The position numbers were made by a program, and so were the translations under genes. A stretch of 64,000 nucleotides of DNA from an uncultured Candidatus Saccharibacteria bacterium. Its GTDB lineage: Bacteria > Patescibacteriota > UBA1384 > CAILIB01 > JAUSJZ01. The stretch lies in NCBI GenBank assembly GCA_964421635.1, contig CAYQWZ010000001.1, forward strand, positions 71,267-135,266, read 5' to 3'. Under the pieces are notes generated by a model. It had not been told where the DNA came from, made no database searches, and saw only the letters and a list, made by a program, of their open reading frames with translations. Positions 29,463-38,839 of the stretch are shown piece after piece; the first letter of the stretch is position 1; the number at the start of each line of letters is the position of its first letter.

Positions 29463-30189
29463 CCTTTATTCCAGGGCCCATGGTAGTAGACAGTGTGATG
29501 CTCTTTATTTTAGTAGAAACTAGCGCGTCAATAACTGCTTGGACATTAGCTACAATTTCTTCGGCATTTGAACTAGTTTGACCTACTACCATATGAATAT
29601 TCTTGCCGTCATCTGTTCTATATTCAACTTTGCCACTCTCTAACTCTTTGCGAACACCTGCAATATCTTCCGTGACAGTGCCGCTTTTAGGATTAGGCAT
29701 TAAGCCTTTTGGCCCAAGACTTCGAGCGAACTTAGCAATCTTTGGCATTTGAGCCGGAGTAGCTAGCAAGACATCAAAATTGACATTGCCTTTCTCAAGC
29801 TCAGCAATTGTTTTGTCATCAGCTTCAGCTACAACGCGTTTCTTGCCAGTTGGTTTTGGCAGCTGAACTGAGCCTCTAATTTCATTTGATAAATTTAAGT
29901 GTAGTTCAACAGAACTCTTGAACTTGGTAGTACTTGTTTTTAAAACCAACGCTGCAGCTTCTGCTAAAGGATACTTCACAGAAACATCGTTATCTTTGAC
30001 TAACTTTTGGTATTTCTTTGAACGAGGGTCTCTTGGCGGGTTAGCCACCTGCTTCTTTCCTTTGGTTTTTTTAGCCGCTTCGGCTTTAGCTTTAGTTCGT
30101 TTTTTTGGTCCAGCTTTTGGCCCAGCCTTCGGCACAGCAGTTTTTTTTGTTTCTTTTTTGATTTCTTTTTTTTCTTCTTTCTTAGCCAT
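29446..30189 (-). CDS. rplA: 50S ribosomal protein L1 with a roughly 55-aa Lys/Ala/Pro-rich (histone-H1-like) N-terminal extension.
   Basis: 'GPKGLMPNPKSGTVTEDIA' L1 signature. N-terminal 'KKEIKKETKKTAVPKAGPKAGPKKRTKAKAEAAKK'. Confidence 0.9.
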   Translation of the reverse strand: MAKKEEKKEIKKETKKTAVPKAGPKAGPKKRTKAKAEAAKKTKGKKQVANPPRDPRSKKYQKLVKDNDVSVKYPLAEAAALVLKTSTTKFKSSVELHLNLSNEIRGSVQLPKPTGKKRVVAEADDKTIAELEKGNVNFDVLLATPAQMPKIAKFARSLGPKGLMPNPKSGTVTEDIAGVRKELESGKVEYRTDDGKNIHMVVGQTSSNAEEIVANVQAVIDALVSTKIKSITLSTTMGPGIKVKLVE

Positions 30190-30190
30190 T

Positions 30191-30772
30191 TTATATATGA
30201 ATCGTTACTTGCTCAAATTCTTTTTGACCAATTGAACTTAGCATGTACTCAACCGCTTTGTCAACCACTTCTTTCACTTTTTTCTCATCAGTTTTTTTGA
30301 ATTTAGACAAAACAAAACCGGCTAAATCGTCATCGTCAATATTGTTATCTTTCTTTCCGACCTCAGGTTTTGGCCCGACACCAATTCGAATACGAATAAA
30401 ATCTTTTAAAACAATACTCTCAATAACCGATTTTACGCCATTATGCCCGCCACTTGAACCGTCAATTCTGACCCGCAAATTTCCGACATCAACATTGACA
30501 TCATCAAAAACCAGAATCATATCTTTAGCCGTCAAATTATTTTTAGCTAAGACTTTTTTAACAACTGGCCCCGACACATTCATAAAAGATGCTGGCTTAA
30601 TTAAAATAACTTTCTCGCCAGAAATTTCCCCTTCCGCTCGCTGATAATTCTTCATATTCTTCCATTTCAGCCCCATCTCTTTAGCCAAGGCTTCAACCGT
30701 CCAATGACCAACATTGTGTTTTGTTTTGAAATATTTCTTTTTATAGTTTCCCAGCCCCACAATTATTTTCAT
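30191..30772 (-). CDS. pth: Peptidyl-tRNA hydrolase.
   Basis: 'MKIIVGLGNYKKKYFKTKHNVGH' with catalytic His, and 'GGHNGVKS'. Confidence 0.9.
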   Translation of the reverse strand: MKIIVGLGNYKKKYFKTKHNVGHWTVEALAKEMGLKWKNMKNYQRAEGEISGEKVILIKPASFMNVSGPVVKKVLAKNNLTAKDMILVFDDVNVDVGNLRVRIDGSSGGHNGVKSVIESIVLKDFIRIRIGVGPKPEVGKKDNNIDDDDLAGFVLSKFKKTDEKKVKEVVDKAVEYMLSSIGQKEFEQVTIHI

Positions 30773-30773
30773 A

Positions 30774-31070
30774 TTAAAATCCTGGAAGATTAAGACTGCC
30801 CGCTACTTCTTTCATCTGCTCCGCCGCAATAGCTTGTGATTTAGAAATTGCTTGTGAAACAACATTAACAATCTCTTTTTCAAGTTGAAACTTATTGCCG
30901 GCTGACAGCGCACTCTCTGAAATTTCAATGCTCTTTATATGTTGCTCCCCATTGAAAACAACTCGCACACTGCCGTCTTTCGCAGCCGCTTCAATTTCAG
31001 TATTCTTTAATTCTTTTTGGATTTTTTTAGCCTTCTTCACTAGGCTCATGGCATCTGTAAATTTAGACAT
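30774..31070 (-). CDS. ybaB: Nucleoid-associated protein YbaB/EbfC.
   Basis: 98 aa, 'MSKF...NLPGF' C-terminus and the family length and pattern. Confidence 0.75.
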   Translation of the reverse strand: MSKFTDAMSLVKKAKKIQKELKNTEIEAAAKDGSVRVVFNGEQHIKSIEISESALSAGNKFQLEKEIVNVVSQAISKSQAIAAEQMKEVAGSLNLPGF

Positions 31071-31074
31071 ATTC

Positions 31075-32133
31075 TTATTTATTTGTTTTTAGATATCCGT
31101 TAATAAAGACAGATAGGTTTCCGTCAAGCACATCTTCGGCGTTCTTACTCTCAACTTTGGTACGGTGATCTTTGACTAACTTGTAAGGATGCAGAACATA
31201 CGATCTAATTTGACTGCCCCACTCGTTCTTATCTACTTGCCCTCTTACTTTATCAGTTTCCGCCCTGTTTTGCTCTATTTTTTTAGCTAACAGTTTAGAT
31301 TTTAATATCTCCATCGCTTTGGCTTTATTCTGCCCCTGCGAACGCTCGTTTTGAATACTAACTACAATTCCTGAAGGATTATGAGTAATTCTTACGGCAC
31401 TATCGGTGGTGTTAACACTTTGGCCTCCCTTGCCAGACGATCGAAAAACATCAATTCTTAAATCTTTCTCGTCTATTTCAATTTCATCTGACTGTGCAAT
31501 TTGGGGAATTATATCAACTAGGGCAAAACTTGTTTGGCGTAAATTCTTTGAATTAAACGGTGAAAGTCTTACTAGTCGGTGAACGCCAGCTTCGGCTTTT
31601 AGTAATCCATAAGCATAATTGCCTTTAATAATTGTAGTGACATTTTTTAATCCTGCTTCCTCACCTTTAGATGAATCAACCATTTCAATGCCCCAATTTG
31701 AGCGGTCAACTATTGCCTCATCGTCTGACTTTCCGCGCTCAACATAGCGCTGATACATTCTAAGCAGCATAGCCGCCCAGTCTTGAGCATCAGTACCCCC
31801 AGCTCCAGCTTTGATAGATAAAATAGCGTTATGGTCATCATGTGGCCCACCAAGTAATGCTCTCTTCTCAAGCGGCTCTAGAGCCTCTTCAACCAACTTA
31901 GCCATATCTTCGCTCGATTCGTCCACTACTTCACGAACCGCGTCAAACTCGTCTACAATCTTTTTAATATCTGATGCCCGCTGCGATACATCTCGAGCAA
32001 TTTCATTATTATTCCAAAAATCAGGCTCATTCATTTGAGCCTCAAGCTCTTTCAAATCCTGACGCTTCTTACCAATGTCTAAACTAGTCTCAATCGATTC
32101 TAACCGTTTCTTGTTATTATCCATTAGTTTCAT
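31075..32133 (-). CDS. prfB: Peptide chain release factor 2 (SPF and GGQ motifs), encoded without a programmed frameshift.
   Basis: 'RLSPFNS' (SPF marks RF2) and 'SGKGGQSVNTTDSAVR'. Confidence 0.85.
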   Translation of the reverse strand: MKLMDNNKKRLESIETSLDIGKKRQDLKELEAQMNEPDFWNNNEIARDVSQRASDIKKIVDEFDAVREVVDESSEDMAKLVEEALEPLEKRALLGGPHDDHNAILSIKAGAGGTDAQDWAAMLLRMYQRYVERGKSDDEAIVDRSNWGIEMVDSSKGEEAGLKNVTTIIKGNYAYGLLKAEAGVHRLVRLSPFNSKNLRQTSFALVDIIPQIAQSDEIEIDEKDLRIDVFRSSGKGGQSVNTTDSAVRITHNPSGIVVSIQNERSQGQNKAKAMEILKSKLLAKKIEQNRAETDKVRGQVDKNEWGSQIRSYVLHPYKLVKDHRTKVESKNAEDVLDGNLSVFINGYLKTNK

Positions 32134-32186
32134 TTAATCAAAATAGGAGGTTATTACGAAACCTCCTATTTCTCACTGTCTCTTAT

Positions 32187-33791
32187 TCAAAGAACTGATA
32201 TACCTGATGCAGCCCGTGCTAGAGCCTTTTTTGCCTTCGCATAGCGAAGAGTTGTGGCACCACTGGTTCCAAGGGCAAACAAAGCGAAAGCAATATCTGC
32301 TGGTCCGGTTATTGGAAGGATTGGGGTTGGCTCTACCGGAGTAGTAACAACTTCTTCCTTCTCTTCTGCTGGAACTTCTACTTTAATAAAGGCATCAGCA
32401 TCAACACTATCTGTCTCATCGGCAGTAGCTGTGGCGATGTTTCTTAATCTGTCGCCATCGTTGTTGCCTGACCCAACTTTAGCTTGAAAATAGATTGTAA
32501 TCTCTTCACCAGGTTTTAAGGCAGAACTTAAGGTGTATCCGTTGCCAGAAATAATGTTATCGTTAATGGCTACTCGAACACCGTCTCGCTCTAGCTGAAC
32601 TGACCCAACTTCAAAGTTAATTCCGCTTTGTAGTAAATCTTTAATATTTACATTGTGAGCATATTCAGCACTAACATTCTTAACGCGAATTCTGTATTCA
32701 ACTACATCATTGCGCTTAGTGTTAACCTCATCGCGCCAGTCAAAGCTTTGAGTTACATTTTTAACCTGTTTCTCAATAGTTAATGCTGGTCGTCCTGTTG
32801 GCGGCTCAATAGGAATATCAATGCGGTTTCCGTAGACATTTGTCATTACGAAGTTACCGTTAGCTGACCATTCAGATTCTGGTTTAACCTGCACATCAAA
32901 TGTACGAATTGCTATTTCGCCAGGCTTAATATCTACAGCCGGATAGCTTACTGTGCCACCTTTTAGACTGCCTGAATCAGATGCAGAAATAAAATTTGCA
33001 TACTCTAAGATATCACTAATGTCGTCTTCTACTACATATGCAGTTGATACTCGTTGTCCACGGTTTTCAGTTATTAGAGTATATACAATTGTATCTGCAG
33101 CATTTGCCTTAACTAAAGTTGCATCAACTCCTTGTGTAACATTATAAGCTCTCTTTGAACGAACAATGTCTGGGTTTCCAGCCGGATTAACTATGACATC
33201 GAATGTAACGAATCCTGAGTACTGCCAGCATCCGGTAATATCTCCAATGTTGATTCCTTCAGCAGTAATAATTGCATCTCCAGATTGGCCATTAGGTAGC
33301 ACAGTAGGTGTATTTGAACCATTCGGGTACCATTTGACTGACCCTGACACCATATTTAGAGAGGTTACATTATCAGTATTAATAGTTAAACCTGGTTGTC
33401 CAACTTCTTGACCATTAACAAATGTACCAGCAACTGCTCCTGCGTTATCTGCAGATAAACGAGCAGACAGTACATGAGATGTAGCGTCAGTGGTTGGCAG
33501 AGTTACGCTAATTTTGGTGTTTCTGGCTGCTTCCCCGTTTTGACCATTGTCAGTTAAAGCGTTGTTATGGTAAAAAACTCGAACGCGAACTGTGTCGTTA
33601 TCTGTAGCCGTTACTGGGTCAGAATAACTTGATTGACCAGCTGTAATATTGCGGCCTGTCAGTAACTCTAAATCTCCATCTAATTGGTTAAAGCGAGGAG
33701 TATTGTCAGCTAAAGCAGCAGATGGCAAAACTAAAGTTAATGCTGTTAAAGCTCCAATTACTACCTTTTTAATGCTTTTAAATAGATTCAT
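32187..33791 (-). CDS. Secreted DUF11 (conserved-repeat-domain) surface protein with a C-terminal LPITG sortase-type sorting signal.
   Basis: Signal peptide. DUF11-like 'RNDVVEYRIRVKNVS...NVNIKDLL'. C-terminus 'LPITG' plus a hydrophobic segment plus 'RYAKAKKALAR'. Confidence 0.6.
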   Translation of the reverse strand: MNLFKSIKKVVIGALTALTLVLPSAALADNTPRFNQLDGDLELLTGRNITAGQSSYSDPVTATDNDTVRVRVFYHNNALTDNGQNGEAARNTKISVTLPTTDATSHVLSARLSADNAGAVAGTFVNGQEVGQPGLTINTDNVTSLNMVSGSVKWYPNGSNTPTVLPNGQSGDAIITAEGINIGDITGCWQYSGFVTFDVIVNPAGNPDIVRSKRAYNVTQGVDATLVKANAADTIVYTLITENRGQRVSTAYVVEDDISDILEYANFISASDSGSLKGGTVSYPAVDIKPGEIAIRTFDVQVKPESEWSANGNFVMTNVYGNRIDIPIEPPTGRPALTIEKQVKNVTQSFDWRDEVNTKRNDVVEYRIRVKNVSAEYAHNVNIKDLLQSGINFEVGSVQLERDGVRVAINDNIISGNGYTLSSALKPGEEITIYFQAKVGSGNNDGDRLRNIATATADETDSVDADAFIKVEVPAEEKEEVVTTPVEPTPILPITGPADIAFALFALGTSGATTLRYAKAKKALARAASGISVL

Positions 33792-33793
33792 CT

Positions 33794-35782
33794 TTATAAG
33801 TTACTTCCGTTAGGAGCTTGTACTTCTAGGCGAATAATAGCTGCGTCGTGAATCTCAGCAGTATTATTATTGGCTCTTAAATAGGTTGTGTTAACTAAAT
33901 CGTGTAAGCCTAGAATTGGACAGTCAATTACTCGAACATCAAATTCGAAGCGTTTGGTTACACCTGGGTAAATTGAGAAGTTTCCTAATCCTCCAGCAAA
34001 GAAACGGTCGTCGTCTGTAATTGGCGTAGCTGAAATATGAGGATCCATTACTAATGAATTATCAACATAGTTGGTGAATTGCGGTAATACATCGCGAATT
34101 GAGTTAATTTGCAGTTGAGTGTTTCCAGTATTAACAATGTCAATTCGGTAACGAATGGTATCGCCTTCTTTTACTCGAGTAGCTGTAGTTTCAGCCCAGT
34201 CGTTTGTACGAGGGTCTCTTACCCACTTTGAAACGGTGTAGCCTGAAGTTACGCCGACTGTAATGTAGGCATTATCTGTGTCTTCAGTTCCATTAGTAGT
34301 AAAAACTTCACTTCTGTTTGTAAGAGTAATAGTTCCTGCAGGTAATCCTGAAGTATTTACCCTTACTATGAATCGGATATCAAAACCGTTTGTATTTCCA
34401 GGTTGAACAGTTCCAAGAGTCATTCCGGTTCCAAATAATGCATTTGCTCTACTGTCAGAAACTGGAGCATATGCACTCTCAGGAGAAGCTGAGCCTTTAA
34501 TTAACACAGCCCCATCGCGTGCAACATGAGCTGGTAGTATATCTTTAGCAAAAGCTTCAACAGCAGTGTTACCCGTGTTAACTACTCTTAGAGTGTATTC
34601 TACGGTGTCACCAGGGTTAGCTGGAACAGCTACATCATCTTGCAGCAAACTGCCTATAGTTATGTTTCGTACAGTTTTCTCAATATCAAAGTCAATAACA
34701 GCATCTGGTGTTCGAACTACATTGATAAATACCTGGTTCGTATTAGCAGATACGGCACTTCCGTTAGAAGTGCCAGCAACAGTAGCTTTGTTTAATAGAC
34801 GAGTGGTACCAATAGGAAAACTGTTATTTCCGTCAAGTGTAGCCTGAAAATATAGATGGATCGCGCGAGATGGAATAGCAGGAATATCTGAAAAGGCCCA
34901 GGTTAGAGTTTTTCCATTAAAAGCAATATATGAATCTGAAATGTTGTAACGAACATCTACGCCCGCATCGTTTCTGGTAATCATATATGACGAATTTGGC
35001 TTGTAGGTTAATTTATTATCAAGAGTATCTGTAACTGTAGGATTTTTTAAAACTGATCCGTTCTCACCATTATTCTCTACATAGACATGGAAAGCAGCTA
35101 CATTGCCAGGGGTGGTTGATACTCCGTCACGATGCCAAGTGTTGTCTATATTAGAAATAGCAACCTCTTTATAAGTTGAGATTTTAGCGTTACCGTGTGG
35201 CACATAAGTTGCAGAAAAGGTAATGGCTCTTAAGTAAGGCCAGCATCCCTTAATTGATCCTAGGTTTAATCCGTTATCTGTAAATAGACTGTTAGTATTG
35301 CCAATTGCTTGCTCAACATACTGACCGTTTTGGTTAATATAATGTTTAACAGAGCTAGTATCAACCTGAAGTTCTCCTGTGTTGGCAAGATTAACAGTGA
35401 CATTCTCGTTTACGCGAGTAGCATTATCGGCCCAGACTGATCCTTTTATAATATGTTGATTTGAAGCACCGGTAGGAATTTTTGCACTTACTTTAGTATT
35501 TGTAGCAGTTGAGTTCTCGACAGTGTTATGAACATACATGAAAAACTGAACAGTTTCCCCTTCATTTAGATTTACTGAGTTAGACCAATGAGTAGCACCG
35601 GCTTTTCTGACCTGAATAGTTGGCTCATCATTGGCATGATTATTGAAAATTGGAGTAGGATTAGCCTCAGCCTTTTTAATTTGTAACGGAAAGTTAGAAC
35701 CTAAAACTGTTGAAGTTAAAAGTCCTAATGCCAGAAACGGCACCAAAATTTTCTTTAAAATGTTTTTCATACCTATGTTCAT
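33794..35782 (-). CDS. Secreted DUF11-repeat surface protein (662 aa) without a sorting signal.
   Basis: Signal peptide. 'PGDTVEYTLRVVNTGNTAVEAFAKDILP' and 'EGDTIRYRIDIVNTGNTQLQINSIRDVLP' match TIGR01451-like repeats. It shares a 'GCW' N-domain motif with its neighbour. Confidence 0.6.
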   Translation of the reverse strand: MNIGMKNILKKILVPFLALGLLTSTVLGSNFPLQIKKAEANPTPIFNNHANDEPTIQVRKAGATHWSNSVNLNEGETVQFFMYVHNTVENSTATNTKVSAKIPTGASNQHIIKGSVWADNATRVNENVTVNLANTGELQVDTSSVKHYINQNGQYVEQAIGNTNSLFTDNGLNLGSIKGCWPYLRAITFSATYVPHGNAKISTYKEVAISNIDNTWHRDGVSTTPGNVAAFHVYVENNGENGSVLKNPTVTDTLDNKLTYKPNSSYMITRNDAGVDVRYNISDSYIAFNGKTLTWAFSDIPAIPSRAIHLYFQATLDGNNSFPIGTTRLLNKATVAGTSNGSAVSANTNQVFINVVRTPDAVIDFDIEKTVRNITIGSLLQDDVAVPANPGDTVEYTLRVVNTGNTAVEAFAKDILPAHVARDGAVLIKGSASPESAYAPVSDSRANALFGTGMTLGTVQPGNTNGFDIRFIVRVNTSGLPAGTITLTNRSEVFTTNGTEDTDNAYITVGVTSGYTVSKWVRDPRTNDWAETTATRVKEGDTIRYRIDIVNTGNTQLQINSIRDVLPQFTNYVDNSLVMDPHISATPITDDDRFFAGGLGNFSIYPGVTKRFEFDVRVIDCPILGLHDLVNTTYLRANNNTAEIHDAAIIRLEVQAPNGSNL

Positions 35783-35957
35783 ACTTTTTATGATTGTTCT
35801 TAATTAATCAGTTATTGCTCTGTTTGTCAATATCAGAGCAACTTCTGCCCGAGCAGATAAAGTTATTTATCTATTCGGGGGAAGGGGCGACCCGCTAGGC
35901 TTTCACCTATTGTGCGGGTCGCCCTCCGAAAGCAGCCGACTGTTGTCGGCCGGTGCG

Positions 35958-37220
35958 CTAGCGGCTGGTCGGGGTGAAACCCCAGACCGTTTCCCCATTG
36001 CTCGAAGCAACGGGGCGCAGCTGCGCGGTGCGTGTCCACGGCGATGTCGAGCGCGGTTGACCGTCACGGTCGATGCCGGTAGCGGCGTTAGCGCCCTGAC
36101 CGTTCCCTTGGTCAGCACTGCTGCCCTGCGCCGGTATGGGCACCGTGCTGTTGTCCGGGTTGGGCACCGATGCCGGCGGTGTGTTGACCGCTTCGTCGGG
36201 GCCCTCGCCTACCGTCGCCGGTCCACCGGGGTTAGCGGCGGGGGGTGCCGGCGTTGTGGGCTCCGGAGCATCCGGCTGTGGCAGGTCGCCGGCCGGTGGC
36301 GGTGGCTCGTCAGGGCACTGCTCATCCGGCTTCGGCTCGTCGGGCTCAGGCTCAGGCTTGGGCTCAGGCTGCTTCTCAGCCTTGCGGCTGGGAAAAAGCA
36401 CCACACCAGCGTTAACGCTGATGCGTGTCCGCTCCGTCACCTGTCGCGGCCCAGACTGGACCGTGCCCACATCGTCTCGTTCGACCATCGCGCTAAGCAC
36501 GATGCCCGTAGCGGCGTTGACATAGACATTGACCACCTGGACTTGGGCCTGTTCCTGTTCGATGGTGCAGGCTTCAGCCGGCGGTCCCGGAGGCCCTTGC
36601 GGACCCGGCTCTCCAGGCTTGCCACGATCACCTTGCAGACCAGGCTTACCAGGTTTTCCCGGCTCGCCTCGCTCACCTTGGATGCCAGGAATTCCAGGAC
36701 GTTCAGGAGGGCAAGGCTCGAAGACCTTGTCGCCGAACGCCATGTTGGCACACTCCCGAGGGATCACAAGGCTACCTTCGAGCTTGGCGTTCGATGGCCC
36801 CGGATAGAGCACATTGAGCACATACGCCCATGCCTTGTGCCGCAACTTGACCTGATCCTTGATGGACTTGCCATCGCCGAAGGTCATGTTGTCGAACACA
36901 TAGCCCGCCGGAAACTCCAGCAGGTAGACGCCGTGCTCTTCCGAGCCCGGTTCTACCAACCCGACTGCCATCCGCTCGGTGATATCACGCATGATAACCA
37001 ACCGAGCAGCGCGGTCGTTGACGTTGGCCAGATCCAAGACATGGCTGACATCGTTGTATCCGCGCTGTGAATCCAGATGAGCCCTCAGAGCTTCAAAGCT
37101 CTGAATGCCACCCGGAACACGCGGGTTTCGGTCAAGGCTGACCGGAATTGGCGCCGCCTCAAGCGGCGCTACCATGACCATCATGACGATGGCCAGTACG
37201 CTTACCTTCAACCGCTTCAT
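35958..37220 (-). CDS. Secreted collagen-like triple-helix-repeat protein, encoded in the GC-rich island.
   Basis: Signal peptide '[17 protein letters not shown]'. About 14 G-X-Y triplets ('[39 protein letters not shown]'). '[16 protein letters not shown]' linker. RBS aaaggagg. About 65% GC. Confidence 0.6.
   Translation of the reverse strand: MKRLKVSVLAIVMMVMVAPLEAAPIPVSLDRNPRVPGGIQSFEALRAHLDSQRGYNDVSHVLDLANVNDRAARLVIMRDITERMAVGLVEPGSEEHGVYLLEFPAGYVFDNMTFGDGKSIKDQVKLRHKAWAYVLNVLYPGPSNAKLEGSLVIPRECANMAFGDKVFEPCPPERPGIPGIQGERGEPGKPGKPGLQGDRGKPGEPGPQGPPGPPAEACTIEQEQAQVQVVNVYVNAATGIVLSAMVERDDVGTVQSGPRQVTERTRISVNAGVVLFPSRKAEKQPEPKPEPEPDEPKPDEQCPDEPPPPAGDLPQPDAPEPTTPAPPAANPGGPATVGEGPDEAVNTPPASVPNPDNSTVPIPAQGSSADQGNGQGANAATGIDRDGQPRSTSPWTRTAQLRPVASSNGETVWGFTPTSR
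36596..36725 (-). repeat. Collagen G-X-Y triplet repeat-coding tract.
   Basis: Periodic ggN-ccN-NNN codons on the minus strand. Confidence 0.6.
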
Positions 37221-37338
37221 GGCGGCCTCCTTTTGTTCAGTCGTTAGATTGTTCAGTATTCCTCAGTTTGTCCCACCGAAGTGTGGCAAACAGTTGGACA
37301 GGCGAACGGTTGTTACACCGCTCGCCCAGGTTAGCAGA

Positions 37339-38679
37339 TCACTCTGCCCCTTCTCCTCCCAAAGGCGGCGAAGGTAGCTGGGCACTGAAAGCGCCCAGCA
37401 GGTCTGACTCATCCGGATTGCCCCAGACGAGCGTCCGCGACTCCGTCCCCTGATGAACGGGGACAATGTCGCCGTTGAATCCGCCCTCGGCGTAGTGCCA
37501 CGCCAAACCACTACTGGCTAGCGTGTCACCCACCGCCTCCGAATGGGCCAGCACCGCGTACTTCATGTCGTCGTAACAGGCATTGATCACCTGTTGGTTG
37601 ATGACGAACATGACATCACACGTGTCAGCCCCGGTCCAGTAAAGGACCAACGGATGGACTGCCCTACCAGCCAGCCGCTCTTTGACAGCAGCGGGTAGCT
37701 CGATGGAGGCTTTGCCGTTCGCATCCGGCCTGACCAGCGCTAGGCTGGCTTGCCGAGATGCGAATCTCTGCAGGGGCTGGCAGATGGATTCGGTCGAAAC
37801 CTCCTCCACCTTGTCAGGGTCAACGAATAGCACCAGCGCCACCATGCGAGGTGAATGCTTGGCCTTTCTCCCCTCCGCATCGCGGAATTTGACTTCCACG
37901 AACGGAGCGTTCGACCATAGCTGCGATTGCGGTCGCTGAGCGTGGTAAAACGCTCCCATGCCGCCGTTTACCGGATCAGCTTTGCTCCAGCCGACCATGC
38001 GGTAGAACCGCACGATCTCTCGCAGCGTTTCCGCCGGCACGGGTGTATCAGCCAAGACCGAAGCCAAGGCATCACCACCATCGGCAGGCTGCCACCCCTG
38101 CCAGTTGGTGAATTCAACCTCCACCGTCTGGGATATCCAGAGGTTGGAGTGTCGAACATTGTGGAAAAAGAGTAAAAAGGTGTCCGTCATGCGGACTCCC
38201 TTCTCTATCTCCACCACCAGCTGGAACCGCATGACCTGGCGAAACTCACCAGGGTTGCTGGCCCGATACAGGAGCTGGATTCGTACCAGATCTTCGTACC
38301 GAAGCCAAACCACCTGGTTGACAGCGTCGAAGACGCCGTACGCCTCCTCACTGCCAGCCAACTGGAACCAGGCTCGTTTGACAGCCTTGCCTTCGGTGGC
38401 AAGGTTGAGGTGCGCTTCAAGCTCACCTCCCCAGCCGAACACCGACCTCAACGAAGCCAGTGACACCGCCACCCACTCACGACCCATTCCGGGCGCTTCG
38501 CGGCGAGCGGTGTACGCGAGGTACGGAATCCCCATCTGGGGATTGACTCGTTCCTCCCGCTGTTCGAGCAAAGGCGCCGAAGCGTTAACGCCGACAGCGG
38601 GCTCAACACTCTGCGCCGGGATGGCGCAGGCCAGGACGGCGATCATAGCCGCCGCCATCGCTAGACGCAGATTACGCAT
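37339..38679 (-). CDS. Secreted hypothetical protein (446 aa), encoded in the GC-rich island.
   Basis: Signal peptide 'LAMAAAMIAVLACAIPAQS'. RBS aaggagaagga. About 62% GC. No recognisable family. Confidence 0.45.
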   Translation of the reverse strand: MRNLRLAMAAAMIAVLACAIPAQSVEPAVGVNASAPLLEQREERVNPQMGIPYLAYTARREAPGMGREWVAVSLASLRSVFGWGGELEAHLNLATEGKAVKRAWFQLAGSEEAYGVFDAVNQVVWLRYEDLVRIQLLYRASNPGEFRQVMRFQLVVEIEKGVRMTDTFLLFFHNVRHSNLWISQTVEVEFTNWQGWQPADGGDALASVLADTPVPAETLREIVRFYRMVGWSKADPVNGGMGAFYHAQRPQSQLWSNAPFVEVKFRDAEGRKAKHSPRMVALVLFVDPDKVEEVSTESICQPLQRFASRQASLALVRPDANGKASIELPAAVKERLAGRAVHPLVLYWTGADTCDVMFVINQQVINACYDDMKYAVLAHSEAVGDTLASSGLAWHYAEGGFNGDIVPVHQGTESRTLVWGNPDESDLLGAFSAQLPSPPLGGEGAE

Positions 38680-38839
38680 TTCGATCCTTCTCCTTGTTCT
38701 CGTATCCTTTTGGATTTTCAGGTTCAGCGTCCTAAGACGCCGACAGCCGCCTATAAGCGCTTTTAGAGCAACTTTTAGACAGCTTGTCGATGCCGTAACA
38801 CTAACATAAAATTACCTTATTGTCAACCAATTAGCCTCT

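Noticed and set aside
31075-32133. Expected +1 programmed frameshift in prfB.
   Set aside because: The ORF is continuous from Met1 and encodes a full-length RF2, so no frameshift site is present.
36596-36725. Periodic repeats suggestive of CRISPR or tandem DNA repeats.
   Set aside because: The periodicity is 9 nt, the codon-level G-X-Y collagen triplets inside a CDS. There are no spacer/repeat units.
35910-37070. A long plus-strand ORF (386 aa) and many other overlapping ORFs on both strands between 35.9 and 38.8 kb.
   Set aside because: These are open-frame artefacts of about 65% GC DNA. They are Arg/Ala/Gly-rich with no start context. The minus-strand genes with signal peptides and RBSs are the real ones.
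35875-38765. GC-rich island as a simple metagenome mis-assembly.
   Set aside because: It has two junctions, not one. Native-composition genes flank it on both sides on the same strand. The genes are intact with RBSs. Read-level validation is still required (see findings).
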